Shown here in pieces: positions 39,343-51,200 of a stretch of 64,000 nt of DNA. The stretch is from Candidatus Obscuribacteraceae bacterium. GTDB taxonomy: Bacteria; Cyanobacteriota; Vampirovibrionia; Obscuribacterales; Obscuribacteraceae. Each line of letters starts with the position of its first letter. The first letter of the stretch is position 1. The translations under genes were made by a program, and so were the position numbers. Under the pieces are notes generated by a model. The model did no database searches. It was not told the origin of the DNA and worked only from the letters and a program-made list of their open reading frames with translations. The stretch is from contig JBGAHS010000002.1 in assembly GCA_044226015.1 (NCBI GenBank), positions 883,435-947,434 of the forward strand, given 5' to 3'.

Positions 39343-40048
39343 AATAATTCTGCAACACGGCTGGGGTTTCGACAGCTCGTGTTGGCGCGGTTGGATGCCC
39401 CACCTCAAAGAGAATCAGGACTGTGAAATTTCAGTACAAACACCTGATCGCGGCTATTTTGACACTCCTAAAGAAGTGAGCCCATTCCAGAATAACGATT
39501 CATTGAAAGTAATCATCGTACATTCCCTAGGACTTCACCTTTTGCCCGAGAGAATCATTCAATCTGCTGATCTCCTGGTCATCGCTTCGAGTTTCACTGA
39601 CTTCCACAGCGGCAGCCCGCTCGATAGCAAACGTAGTAAACGCAAAGTCGCTTCAATGCTTCGCCGTATTGATGAGTCACCGGTAGATCTCATAAACGAC
39701 TTTTACAGGACCTGCTACAGCCCTCTTTTGACCAAGCAACTTTTGCTAATGCCAACACCACGCTCAATGAATGTTGAACAGCTGCGCACAGACCTTCACT
39801 TGCTGGACACTCACGTTTTCGACCTCCAGAATCTGAAAAAAGCTGCCAAAGTTCTTTTTGTTCACGGCAGCGAAGACGATGTTGTTTCGTCTTCTCATTC
39901 AATAAGAATGAACGAAGAACTGCACAATAGCGACATAATTTTGTTTGAAGGCGCAGGTCACTCGCTGCCTTTGACACATGTTGCACCCGTATGGATTTCC
40001 CTGCGCAGCAAATTGCGTCACTTACTGGCGGTGAGCCTGAAATCATGA
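39326..40048 (+). CDS. bioH: Pimeloyl-ACP methyl ester esterase, BioH-like alpha/beta hydrolase
   Basis: HGWG oxyanion motif, HSLG nucleophile, EDDVV and GAGH; between bioF and bioC. Confidence 0.8.
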   Translation: MKKKIEIILQHGWGFDSSCWRGWMPHLKENQDCEISVQTPDRGYFDTPKEVSPFQNNDSLKVIIVHSLGLHLLPERIIQSADLLVIASSFTDFHSGSPLDSKRSKRKVASMLRRIDESPVDLINDFYRTCYSPLLTKQLLLMPTPRSMNVEQLRTDLHLLDTHVFDLQNLKKAAKVLFVHGSEDDVVSSSHSIRMNEELHNSDIILFEGAGHSLPLTHVAPVWISLRSKLRHLLAVSLKS

Positions 40049-40848
40049 TTAGCCAGTTGAGTGCAGACAGATTCAAAATTAGAGTAAGAGATGCGTTCTC
40101 CAGATATGCGGGCAGTTACGATAACCACGCCCGTTTGCAGGACCATGCAGCAGAACAAACTGCACGACTACTCCACCAATTGAAAGAAAAAACTGTCATT
40201 CCCGAGGGCGCAGTACTGGAAATCGGCTGTGGAACGGGATTATTCACGAATAGATTTGCGAACATCTTGCCCGAACGCACAATAGTTTGCTCGGACATTT
40301 CAAGCAAAATGGTCGAAATATGCCAGAAGCGAATGGCAGCACACAACAATTTAGAGTACTGCACTCTTGACGCAGAAGACCTGCCACCACAACCTCAGTA
40401 TGCTCTCATAGCATCAAGCTTTGCACTGCAGTGGTTCTACAACCCTGTTGAAGGAATCACAAAACTGGTCAACGCTCTCAAGCCAGGAGGACTTCTGCTA
40501 TTTTCTGTTCCGGGTGACGAAAGCTGCCAGGAATGGCGAACAGCCAGCCACAAATTGGACATTCCTTTTACAAGAAATCCACTACCGAAACTATCAGAGT
40601 TGAAAGACATTGCGCTGGAAAAGCGCATGGAATTCCGCTTGCAAGACCTCACAGTGGAAGAGACCTACTCGGATGCTGCAGCCATGTTACGCTCATTCAA
40701 AGAACTCGGGGCAGGTACCCAACGCAACAATCTCGAAATGACAGCAGGGCAGTTAAGGCAACTTCTACGTGAACTTGATTTGAATTCCAAACCGCTCAAG
40801 ACGAAGCATCAGGTGATAGTCGGCTATTACCGTAGACTTCCAAGTTAA
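40045..40848 (+). CDS. bioC: Malonyl-ACP O-methyltransferase
   Basis: FSRYAGSYDNHARLQ, LEIGCGTG and ALQW; ATGA overlap with bioH. Confidence 0.9.
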   Translation: MISQLSADRFKIRVRDAFSRYAGSYDNHARLQDHAAEQTARLLHQLKEKTVIPEGAVLEIGCGTGLFTNRFANILPERTIVCSDISSKMVEICQKRMAAHNNLEYCTLDAEDLPPQPQYALIASSFALQWFYNPVEGITKLVNALKPGGLLLFSVPGDESCQEWRTASHKLDIPFTRNPLPKLSELKDIALEKRMEFRLQDLTVEETYSDAAAMLRSFKELGAGTQRNNLEMTAGQLRQLLRELDLNSKPLKTKHQVIVGYYRRLPS

Positions 40849-41507
40849 TGATTAATATGACAACGACAACAGAATTTCCGAAAGTATTTTTTGTTAGCGG
40901 CACAGATACCGATGTAGGCAAAACTGTGGTGTCCACTGTGTTAGCCCTTGGTCTCAATGCATATTACTGGAAGCCCGTGCAGTCGGGACCTGAGACTGAC
41001 AGCGCTACCCTTGAAAAAATGGGAGTCGACCCCGCTCGAATTCTTCCTGAAACATTTACTCTAAGTCAGCCTTTATCACCCCACTTAGCAGCGCGACTGG
41101 ACAACAAATACATAAGCCTTGACGACCTCACTTTGCCGATCATTCGTCCGGACCAATATCTCATCGTAGAGGGCGCAGGCGGGCTGCTGGTGCCTCTCAA
41201 TGAAGACAAATTGGTCATTGATCTAATACAAAAGCTAGAACTACCAGTGGTGCTTGTAAGTCGCACGACCCTTGGAACAATAAACCACACTTTGCTGAGT
41301 ATTGAAGCACTGAAAGCGAGAAAGATTCCCATTGTCGGTGTGATTATGTCTGGCGAACCAAACGAAGAAAACAAGAAAGCTATTGAGCAACACGGCAAAA
41401 TAAAAGTGATTGGGGTCGTTCCCAAAATGGAATCGCTAAACAAAACATCTTTGCTGGAAACCTTTGAAAGTGTTTTTGGACAAAGAGAAGCAATAAATGA
41501 AAAATAG
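40848..41507 (+). CDS. bioD: Dethiobiotin synthetase
   Basis: GTDTDVGKT, KPVQSG, SPHLAA, VEGAGG and LGTINHTLL. Confidence 0.96.
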   Translation: MINMTTTTEFPKVFFVSGTDTDVGKTVVSTVLALGLNAYYWKPVQSGPETDSATLEKMGVDPARILPETFTLSQPLSPHLAARLDNKYISLDDLTLPIIRPDQYLIVEGAGGLLVPLNEDKLVIDLIQKLELPVVLVSRTTLGTINHTLLSIEALKARKIPIVGVIMSGEPNEENKKAIEQHGKIKVIGVVPKMESLNKTSLLETFESVFGQREAINEK

Positions 41508-42798
41508 AATCTGGCATCCCTTCACACAAATGCAAACCGCTGACCCGCCGCTCAAGGTCACTAGCGGCAAGGGCAGCACACTTACGCTAGAAGATGGGCG
41601 AACTATAGTCGATTGTATTTCTAGCTGGTGGGTAAATTTGCATGGGCACTCGCATCCAGAGATTGCCCATGCCATTTTCGAACAGGCGAAGACGCTTGAA
41701 CAAGTTATATTTGCAGGCTTCACTCACCAACCAGCAGAAGACGTTGCCGAGTTAATTGTCGAAGCACTGCCGTCACCTCTTTCACACGTCTTCTTTTCAG
41801 ACAATGGCAGCACCTCGGTTGAAGTGTCGCTAAAAATGTCATTTCAGTACTGGCTAAACAGCGGTGAAAAGCGAACAAGATTCGTTGGTTTTGAAGGTGG
41901 CTATCATGGCGACACAGTCGGTGCTATGTCCATCGGTAGCGGCTCTCCATTCTGGAATAAGTTTTCGCCACTCTTATTTTCGATAGACCTTATTCCGTTC
42001 CCTCACACTTATGATGGTGACAACGAAGTTGATGCAAAAGAAGATGCTTCAATAAAAGCTCTTGAATCACTTTTCGAGAATGCTAGCCCCGAAAATCGAC
42101 ACGCAGCCCTCTGTATCGAGCCGCTAGTACAAGGCGCAGCAGGAATGCGAATGTGCCGTCCTGAGTTCCTGCAAAAACTAAAAGCTGTTTGTTCGAAGCA
42201 CAAAGTGCTGCTGATATTCGATGAAGTCATGACAGGTTTTGGCAGAACAGGCGATTTCTTTGCCTGCACAAAATCAAAAGTAACCCCCGATATCATATGC
42301 CTTTCCAAAGGCATAACTGGCGGCTTTCTGCCTCTTTCCGTGACCATTTGCAGCGAAGATATCTTCAACTCATTTTTGGACCACGGCAATGAAAAAACAT
42401 TTTTTCACGGGCATTCCTACACGGCGAACCCGCTTGCTTGCGCCGCAGCAGTTGCATCATGGCGCATTCTCCAGGGAAATCAAATACGTTTTCAAAGCAT
42501 GGAAAACCTTCACCGAAAGTTTGTTTCTGCAGAACTGAGTGGAAACTCTCTAATCGAACATGCTCGATTTTGTGGCACAATATTTGCCGCAGAATTGCGC
42601 ACGGGAGAGGAAGACAGCTACTTTTATAGTCTGACTCCTCAGCTAAAGAAACGCTTCATTGACCTAGGCTTCTTAATTCGCCCATTGGGAAATACTATTT
42701 ACTTGATGCCGCCCTATTGCATTTCGGACGAGGAGTTGGAATCTGCTTACAAGGCTATCAACAAAGTTTTAGAAGAGCTGAAAGCAGTTAAGAAGTAG
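41497..42798 (+). CDS. bioA: Adenosylmethionine-8-amino-7-oxononanoate aminotransferase
   Basis: WHPFTQM, SSWWVNLHGH, YHGDT, DEVMTGFGRTG, SKGITGG and HGHSYTANP. Confidence 0.96.
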   Translation: MKNRIWHPFTQMQTADPPLKVTSGKGSTLTLEDGRTIVDCISSWWVNLHGHSHPEIAHAIFEQAKTLEQVIFAGFTHQPAEDVAELIVEALPSPLSHVFFSDNGSTSVEVSLKMSFQYWLNSGEKRTRFVGFEGGYHGDTVGAMSIGSGSPFWNKFSPLLFSIDLIPFPHTYDGDNEVDAKEDASIKALESLFENASPENRHAALCIEPLVQGAAGMRMCRPEFLQKLKAVCSKHKVLLIFDEVMTGFGRTGDFFACTKSKVTPDIICLSKGITGGFLPLSVTICSEDIFNSFLDHGNEKTFFHGHSYTANPLACAAAVASWRILQGNQIRFQSMENLHRKFVSAELSGNSLIEHARFCGTIFAAELRTGEEDSYFYSLTPQLKKRFIDLGFLIRPLGNTIYLMPPYCISDEELESAYKAINKVLEELKAVKK

Positions 42799-42902
42799 CG
42801 ACTCAGTTACTCTCATGAGCAGCCACCGCTTCGGCATACGAGCGTTTCCTTCAACCCCAGCCGCGCAAAGATGCGGTATGATTGCAATAGGAATATGAAA
42901 TC

Positions 42903-43253
42903 ATGCGAACATTTGAAGAAGCTCTGAAACTCTACCGCACGAAACACCAAACAAGAGGGTGCATAGTTACTCATATGTTTGGCGTACCAATGCTGATTCT
43001 TACCCCTTTGCTCTATCTTGCCGGGAGAAAAGGAGAATCCAAATGTTTTCTTCTGGGTGGACTTTTCTTGCAATGGTTGGGCCATGCAGTTTATGAAAGG
43101 AATACCCCGACAATTATCGAAACTAAAGACCCCATGATAATTCCGGCTGCACTTGCATTTGTTGGCGAAAAATGGGCAGACGTTGCCACGGGAAAGCCAT
43201 TCATCGAGAGTTCGGATACCGAAATCAGAGCGATTAGCGAAGATCCCCTATAA
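42903..43253 (+). CDS. DUF962/Mpo1-like membrane protein
   Basis: YRTKHQ...THMFGVP and LQWLGHAVYERNTP. Confidence 0.8.
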   Translation: MRTFEEALKLYRTKHQTRGCIVTHMFGVPMLILTPLLYLAGRKGESKCFLLGGLFLQWLGHAVYERNTPTIIETKDPMIIPAALAFVGEKWADVATGKPFIESSDTEIRAISEDPL

Positions 43254-43359
43254 AGTCAAAGCGATTAGCGAAGATCCTCCTTAAAGTCAAAGCACTTAGC
43301 TGAAGATCCTCCTTAAAGTCAAAGCACTTAATTGAAGATCCTCCATAAAGTCAAAGCAC
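43229..43359 (+). repeat. Direct tandem repeat, 31-32 nt x 4, spanning the gene 3' end
   Basis: GAAGATCC...TAAAGTCAAAGC units start at 43239, 43270, 43302 and 43334; no spacers. Confidence 0.9.
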
Positions 43360-43586
43360 CACGTGGTGCGTGGTGCTCTGCTGAACTCGGGTTAAGGCTT
43401 GGGTTCGTTTACAACTGTACCTCCAGCAAGCTTTTCTCTATATGTGCGTTTATGCATTTTTGCGTGCGCCCTTTGCCAGATCCGCAGTGGGAGATCGTTT
43501 TGCAACATGTGCCACTCTGCTATAGAACTCTTTTTCAAAGCCCGATAGAATTAGGGGATCTAGTTCGAAGGGAAAGAGGAGCGCTC

Positions 43587-44132
43587 ATGAAAACTCCAGT
43601 GGCTATTTTGCTGTCTTGCTGTGCTTTGTTTCAGTTAAGCACTGCCTGGTCAAGCGCGGCAGAAGAAAAATCAGCCAGTGCACCACCTGAGGTATCACAA
43701 CGAAACGACTCCTCTGAATTGGAAAAGCTTCCGCTCAAGCGCTCTATTAGCCTGAAAGACCTCTCTTCTGAGAAGTCCATAAACATCTCCGCAGTGTGGA
43801 AAGGCAAAGTTCAAAAATATACTGGAGTGCCACTGCGAACGTTCTTCAAAGAGATGATTTCAATTCCAATCGAGAATATGGCAGATTGGAAACAGCTCTC
43901 TCGCTATGAATTAGTAGTTGAAGTGGTCGGAAAGGACGGTTATCCGGCGCTGGTCAGCGCAAGCGAAATGGCTATGAATGAAAAGGGAAACAAGTTCGTC
44001 TTATGCAAGAACACAGAGGGTAAAGAAGAAAGCATTCTGCTTGTATGCAAAGACGACGATTACCGCGTTAGATGCGTGCGTGATGTTGCTTATTTGCGAA
44101 TTGTTCCAATATCAAAAGCAAAATCCGAATAG
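43587..44132 (+). CDS. Secreted protein, molybdopterin-binding oxidoreductase-like fold
   Basis: GAGGAG RBS, signal peptide, YTGVPL, GKDGYPALVS and RCVRDV. Confidence 0.6.
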   Translation: MKTPVAILLSCCALFQLSTAWSSAAEEKSASAPPEVSQRNDSSELEKLPLKRSISLKDLSSEKSINISAVWKGKVQKYTGVPLRTFFKEMISIPIENMADWKQLSRYELVVEVVGKDGYPALVSASEMAMNEKGNKFVLCKNTEGKEESILLVCKDDDYRVRCVRDVAYLRIVPISKAKSE

Positions 44133-44229
44133 AAATAGTTCCTTGCAAATTAGACAGCGGCAACGTGATTTTTGCTGGCATGATCAGCTACAGTCAGGTC
44201 CCGTAAGCAAATGCGCTGGTACTACTTCC

Positions 44230-44829
44230 CTAGCTGCAACGGCGGCGACGCCAGGTCATGTTTTCCACAAGAAGTCGCTTATCGAGCGAACCGTTCCAAC
44301 TCACATCGAGTCCATTGCGGCGCAAAATCTCAGATATCTTCTGCGCTGTTTTGATAGCCATATCATCTGAATTGTCCACAGCGCCATACGCCAGATAAAG
44401 CGCACCATCTTCCACGGCTCGCTCGGTGTCCTGCATGTGGTAAAAAACATAACCTGAGGGCTTTGTCTCTCGTTCTTCCTGTTTTGCCTGCTCGATTTCT
44501 TCCCAAATTTCCGCATGACCACAGGTCTGGCAGCACGTAAAATTCTGCCTCGCGACAATACCGCTTTCTTCCAATTCAGAAAACGCGCGGTCGAGCCGGT
44601 CGCAATCTGTGTCGCCCTGCCAACTCTGCTCGCTTTCCTGGTGTGCCTCCATGAGTTCGCAGGCAAGTTCTTCGACTAAGTTATTGAGTTCATCGCTTTC
44701 ACCAAGCTCTTCACTGAAGCACTCAATTGCTTCCTCAACAATTTCCTCTTCAGTGTCGAAACCCTCAGCGACGCGCCGGGCTATGAAAGCACGAATTTCA
44801 TCTTTCTCTGACAGTTGAGTTGCGCTCAT
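44230..44829 (-). CDS. DUF6891-like acidic protein
   Basis: TDCDRLDRAFSELEESGIVARQNFTCCQTCG, GYVFYHMQD, LYLAYG and WNGS. Confidence 0.75.
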   Translation of the reverse strand: MSATQLSEKDEIRAFIARRVAEGFDTEEEIVEEAIECFSEELGESDELNNLVEELACELMEAHQESEQSWQGDTDCDRLDRAFSELEESGIVARQNFTCCQTCGHAEIWEEIEQAKQEERETKPSGYVFYHMQDTERAVEDGALYLAYGAVDNSDDMAIKTAQKISEILRRNGLDVSWNGSLDKRLLVENMTWRRRRCS

Positions 44830-45260
44830 AAACCTCACTCGCAAGAACTCCGAATTCATTTTTCCACGTGCAGAAGTCCATAAACCCTATTATCAGGCGA
44901 AACAGAGAAATTCTTGGGCTTTTTCGGTGTCGAATAAACCTGCATTCTGCGAGAGTCAAAGGGCACGATTTAATGAAGTTTCGGACTCGAAATATCGCCA
45001 TTTGGGCACATAAGAAATACACATTAGTATCCAGCGAGCATTGTCAAGAGGCAATTCGCGGGGTATTCCGTGTTGAAGCGAAACGAATTCCTGTCCTGTT
45101 TTCCCGGTGGTTCAATTTCTCTTGTCGAACAAGAGTAGATAAAATCCCAAGCTCAAACGAAAAAGAGTAAAGACATTTTGTCCAGAATGTCGAGTGAGGG
45201 TGTAGATACCACTGGCGGGTGCAGAGTAGGGTTCGCGGAAATTGGTCCGGGAGAGCTCTG

Positions 45261-48200
45261 ATGCCATTCGACGATAACGACAAAGCAACAAAACCTAAAA
45301 AGACTGAAGCAGACGAATACTTGGGTCTGATTCAGCGCCAGCAAGAGGAAGCAACGCGTGCTAGCGACAATTTGTCGCAAGACGCCTGGACGCCGCCTAA
45401 CCTGGAAGCAGGCAAGAGTTCCACTGACAAATCGAAGCCGGGCGACCGCGTTACTACAAAAATTGAGTTGTCGCAAGTTTATCCCATAGGCGAGCTGGAC
45501 AAGCGCGCCCAGGCGTGGAGAGACTACGGTGGTCTACTCAGCCCGTTCGATCCCAACTCACTGAGAAGCCGAAATGGAAGCACTGACCAGCAGCAGGGCG
45601 GTCAACCGGGCGCAGGTGGCGAAAAGCAACCAGGCGACAAGAAACCAGGCGACCAGACACAGGGCCCCATTCCGAACCCATATGAATATGAACCGCCATA
45701 CAAGCCAGGGCAGGACTACCAGCCACCAGCACAGCCAGAAGGCAAACCCGCAGGCAGTGACGCCGGACAATGGATCGCTGGACTGACGGCACTGGCGGCA
45801 GGCGCTTACGCACTCAGCCGGACGGTCAAATGGCTCACCAGAGAGAAGGACAATGTAGGTCCTATCGTAGACAAGGCAAGCGTAGACCGAAAAGCAGAAT
45901 ATAAGGATGCAAAAGTTGTAGCTCAAACCAAAGACAGCAAAGAAGAGCTGAACTGGAAAAAGTTTGACGGCAAAGAGTTTGAAACCAAAGACGGCAAAAA
46001 GGTCGGCATAAAAGACGTCGATTTCAAACTGCAGCTGCCTGAAGGGGCCGACAAGAACGCCGAGCGGGCTCTTAAAGCTGAATTGGAACTGCGCTTACGT
46101 GGGAAAGGCGACCTTGCCGAACAGGCAAGAAAGCTGACTGTTGAAAGCGACCCAAGCTTAAAAGGCAAGGAAGAAAAACTTGTCTACCGCGAAGGAGCCA
46201 GTGGCAAAGACTTCGAAATATTGGGAACGCGTGACGGCAAACTTGAGATTAAAGACGGCCCTACCGACTCGCGCCTGGTTGAACCAAAAGCAGAAGATAA
46301 AATCGTCTATAAAACCTCTCCCGAGAACGAGCAAGCAGCAAAGGACAAAGGCAAGCCGTTTGAACTGCTCACGCGCACGCTCAACAATGACACCAAACCT
46401 GGTGCGAGCGAACTAGGACAACTCGAGAAAGAACTCAAAGCCAAAGAGCAGGCGTTGAAAGAAGAAGAGGCGAGAATAAAGCTTGAGAAAGACCGCCTTG
46501 CAAAAGAATCAACAGCTCTTGGCGACAAAGAGAAAGCGCTAGGCGAGAAAGAGGGTTCCTTAGCTAGTGAGGAGCAAAAGCTCAAAGAAGCTGAGCAAAA
46601 AGCAACAGAAACAGCCGATAAACTCGCTCAGAAAGAAACAACACTCTCAGAACAAACACGCGCTCTCGATGAAAGACGTCAAAAACTAGAGTCCGATCAA
46701 AAAGCACTGGATGCAGAAAAGCAGAAAGCTGATGCTGACAAAACGAAGATCGAAGCAGAAGAAACTCGCCAGAAGCAAGAAAGAGAATCGATAGACCAGA
46801 AGAATCGTGAACTAGCAGACCAGGCACGACAACTCACGGACGAGAAAGCAACATTAGCAGCTGATCGCGAAGCGTTGACTGGCGAAAAAGCGAAGGTAAA
46901 TGCAGATCGAATTGCACTAAATACTGAAAAGGAACAAGTTGCAGAACAGCGCGAAGCTCTGACCAAGGCGCGAGAAGCCCTGACGAGCCAACAAGCAGAA
47001 CTACAACAAAAACAAGACACGCTGGTCAAAGACCAGGAGCAACTCGCGCAAGATCAAAGAGAGTTTCAGAAAAAGCTCGACGGTTTTGCAAAAGAGCAAG
47101 AAGCACTCCGCAAATTGCAACAGCAAAGTGAGGCGCTTCAAAGAGATCTCGATGCTCGCAAAGGCGAGCTAGACAAATCTACGCAGAAATTAGAATCTGA
47201 CCGTTCTGCTCTGGATAAGAGCAAAACAGAGGTCGCACAGGAAAAACAAGCTCTCGAACAACAACGCGATCAGCAAAATGCCGATCAAGCAAAAATTGAG
47301 GAGCGCCTCAGAAAATTAGCAGATCAAGAAGTTGCGAATAAGACTAAGGAAGAGCAGCTTAGTTCTGAGAATCAGCGTCTTGCCGGAGAACGCGAGAAGC
47401 TGGCAGACCAACAGAAATCACTCGACGGACAGAAGGCGCAAATTGCCGAAGATAGAGAAGTGATTGAGGAAGCTCGACGCGGTCTGGATGACAGAGCCAA
47501 AGCAATTGGACAAGAAGAAAGCAGACTGGTCGAAGAGAAAGCACGCCTGGCGCAAGAATCGAAAACTTTAGCCGACGAGCGCAAAGTCATCGAAGCCGAA
47601 AAACGTAGCAATGCCGATACAAAAACTCAGCTCGGTGAAGAAAGAACAGCCTTAGAAAAACAGCGTGGCGAAATCGAAGCAGCACGCGAAGCAATAGTGA
47701 GAGACAGACAAGCTCTCGATGCTGAACGGCTGGCGTTTCGCACGGAAGCAGCTCGAACTTCAGCACAACTCGCTGACGAACAACAACGACTGTCTACTGA
47801 ACGGCAAAAACTGGATGGTGAGAAAACAGAACTCGCTAAACAGAAAGAAGAATCAGCTGCAACGAAGAGAGCCCTCGAAGGCGAACAGGCTAAACTCGAC
47901 GAACGCAGCCGCAACCTCGACGCTGAGCAAGGAAGACTTGCAAAGCTCGACAGCACGCTTGCAGAGAAAGAGGGTAAGCTCAATGAACAAGGTTCTGCCT
48001 TGCAAAAAGAGGCACTAGCACTACAAACAGAAAGAGAAGTCCTCGGTCAGCAAAAACGCGAACTAGACGAACAGTCCAAGCAGCAAAAGCTTTCGCAGGC
48101 TGAAATAGAGAAAAGAAATACAGAAATTGCAGACAAAGACCGCGAGTTGAAAACGCGCGAAGAGAAACTTGCAAAAGACAATACAGCCCTGACTGAAGAG

Positions 48201-51200
48201 CGTAGCAAACTTTTAACGGAGAAAGAAGCCATTCTGGCAGATCGCCAAAAACTCACAGAAGAGCGGCAGACTTTCACCACCGAGAAGGCAAACTTGCAAG
48301 CTGAACAAGGCAAGCTAGCAGATGCGCAGATCAGACTAAATGAAAAAGAGCAAGCTCTTGCAAAATCGGAAGAAGCAATTCTGCAGCGGAAAGGCGAACT
48401 CGACAAAGCGGTCGCACAACTTACGGCCGACCAGGCTAAGCTTGCCGATGCTCAGAAGGAACTGAAGGACTCACAAGAAAAAGTAGACGCACGCAGCAAG
48501 ACTCTTGATACTCGTGCTGCTGCCATCGAGAAGAGCAGCAGCGAACTTGCCGCAGCACAAGAGACTCTAAAAACCGAACAAACAGCGCTAGAGAGAAATA
48601 GAGAAGCGCTAGAAACAGACAGAAAGCAACTGGAAGCCGACAAGAGAACACAAGGCGCTGATGCAGCCAAGCTGGCTGAACGCGAACGAGAAATCACAGA
48701 AAGAAAAGCGGCTCTCGACGCTTCAGCAGAAGCGCAGAGCAAAGAAGCTGTGCGACTAGCGGCTCTATCAGAACAAGTAAGCAGAGAACAAGCAGAACTC
48801 AGAATATCTAAAACAACACTGGCAGCAGACCAGGAAAAACTCTCAGCCGCACAAAAGGTTCTTAGCACCGATCAAGAAAAGCTTGCAAGTGAAAGAGCGC
48901 AACTGACTCAAGATCAAGAAAAGAATGCAAGCGAAAAAGCAACCTTGCTAGCCGAGAAAGAAGCACTAGGCAAAGAAAAAGAGACACTTGCTAGCTCAAA
49001 AGCTCAGCTTGAAAGCGAACGAAGCAAACTCGTCGAAGAGAAAGGTCGCGTCGCAAGCAACAAAGCAGACCTGGAGAAAGAGCGCGCACGACTCACAACA
49101 GAACAGCAAGCTCTTGATAGTGCTAAAGCAGCATTTGAGACTGAAACTGCTCAAAAATCAGCAGAACTAGCAGGAGAGAAACAAGCACTTGCTACTGAGC
49201 GACTCACCCTGGAAAGTGACCGCAGAAAAATAGAAGCTCAAAAGACAGAGCTTGATGCACAAAAGCGCGCCCAAGACACCAAAGAAACACAGCTAAGCGA
49301 AAAACAGTCTGGACTGGCGACCGAGGCAGAGCGCATAGGTAAACTGTCTACAGAAATTGAAGGTCGCGACAAGGAATCCAAAGATCGTAAAGCTGCACTC
49401 GATGCTACTGCAGCAGAGATTCAAGCCGCTCGCGAAAAACTCAGCGCAGATCAAACAAAACTGACAGAAGATCAAGCAGCAGCGAAGAAAACTGCTGGCG
49501 AACTCAGCGCCGAACAGACTCGCCTTTCTCAACTAGATGAATCATTAAAAGCTAAAGAAGCAAAACTTCTAGGTGATCGCAAAGCATACGAAGAATCTAA
49601 CACCAAACTTCTCGAAGACAAAGCAGCGCTGCTAGCAGACCAAAAGAAGCTTGCCGGCGACCAGGAAAAGCTCGCAGCTGAGCGCACACAACTGCAAACC
49701 GAAAAACAACAATTAAACGAAGAACGCGCAGCTCTTAATGCTAATGAACAAAAACTAGCTACTGCGCAAGAAGAACTGAACGCTAAACAAACCAAGTTAG
49801 CTCAAGACCTCGAACAACTAAAAGCAGATCAAACAAAACTTGCCGAAGCTCAAAAGGGACTCGGAGAAGCTCAAAATCAAATAGGTCGACGAGAACGACA
49901 ATTAGATCAACGCAGCTCAGATCTCGATCGCACTGCAGCTGATCTAAAAGCAGGACAAGACGCACTTTCAAAATCGCAAGGCGATTTACAAACAAAGACA
50001 GAACAGTTGGCTGCAGACAAGCGCCAACTCGAGGAAGACCGCAAAGCTGCAGATGCAGACACAAGCAAGCTAGCCGAGCGTGAAAAGACCATCAGCACGA
50101 GAGAAGCGGAGCTGCTCGCTAAAACCACAGCGAATGCTAAAGAAGCAGAACGCTTGCAAGCGATGAATGAAAAGCTCAACGCACAAAGAGGACAAATACA
50201 GCTAGACAAACAAGCTCTAGAACAGGAAAAGACCAAGGTAAGCGAAGCCAAGCAAGCCTTAGATACAGACAGGCAAAAGCTTGACGCTGAGAAAGCGGCG
50301 CTGAGCACAGAGAAAGCCGGTCTTGAAGCTACGAAGCAATCATTGCAAGACCAAGCAAAAGAAATAGAAACAGCGCGGGCGGAAATAAAGAAAACTCAGG
50401 GCGAACTCGCAACAGAGAAAGACGCCCTCAGCAAACGCGCTGCCGAATTGCAACAAGCTCAAACACAGCTCGATAAAGATAGAGAAGCGTTCGAGAAGGA
50501 AAAGGCAACAAACGCTGCTGACCTTGAAACCAAAACAAAAGAGCTCGCTGACCGAGAAAAAGCGCTCCAGGGCGAGCAAACAAAACTAGCTGAGGACAAC
50601 CGCAAACTTGAAACGGAGAAGACTTCTCTCAAAGATCAGCAAACAAAACTAGATTCCGACAGAGCTGCTTTAACCGGACAACAGCAAGAGCTTGCAAAAC
50701 AACAAACACAATTGGGTGAAAAAGACTCTGCACTCAAGGCACAGTCCACTGCTTTGGAAACTAAAGCCAAGGAAATAGAAGGTAACCTCACAAAACTTGG
50801 TACTGAGCGTCAAGCAATCGAAGACGAGAAAGCCCAGCTTGAAAAAGACCGTGTTGCGGTCGACGCCGACCAGAAGAAGATTGCTGAACGTGACCATCAA
50901 CTCGCTGAACGACAGACTCGTTTAACTGAAAAAGAGTCACAACTAACCAGACAAGGACAAGAAGTTCAATCACAAAGACAAACGCTTCTTGCAGATCAAG
51001 AAAAACTGAAGTCTGACCAAGCAGCAGTAGCAGAGCAATCGGCGAAGGTAGCAACAGATCGCGTTGCACTCAACGAACAAGCACAAAAACTTGCAGCTCA
51101 ACAAAGCGATTTGCTGACCCGAGAAACAACCTTGAAGACGGGACAGGAAAAACTCCTTGCCGACCAACTAACTCTCAACTCGGACAAACAAATATTGCAA

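Noticed and set aside
43229..43359. Mini-CRISPR interpretation of the 31-32-nt repeats
   Set aside because: Head-to-tail copies without spacers
43332..43586. 85-aa N-terminal extension of the secreted protein in the ORF track
   Set aside because: Starts inside the tandem repeat; ATG 43587 has a strong RBS and a signal peptide
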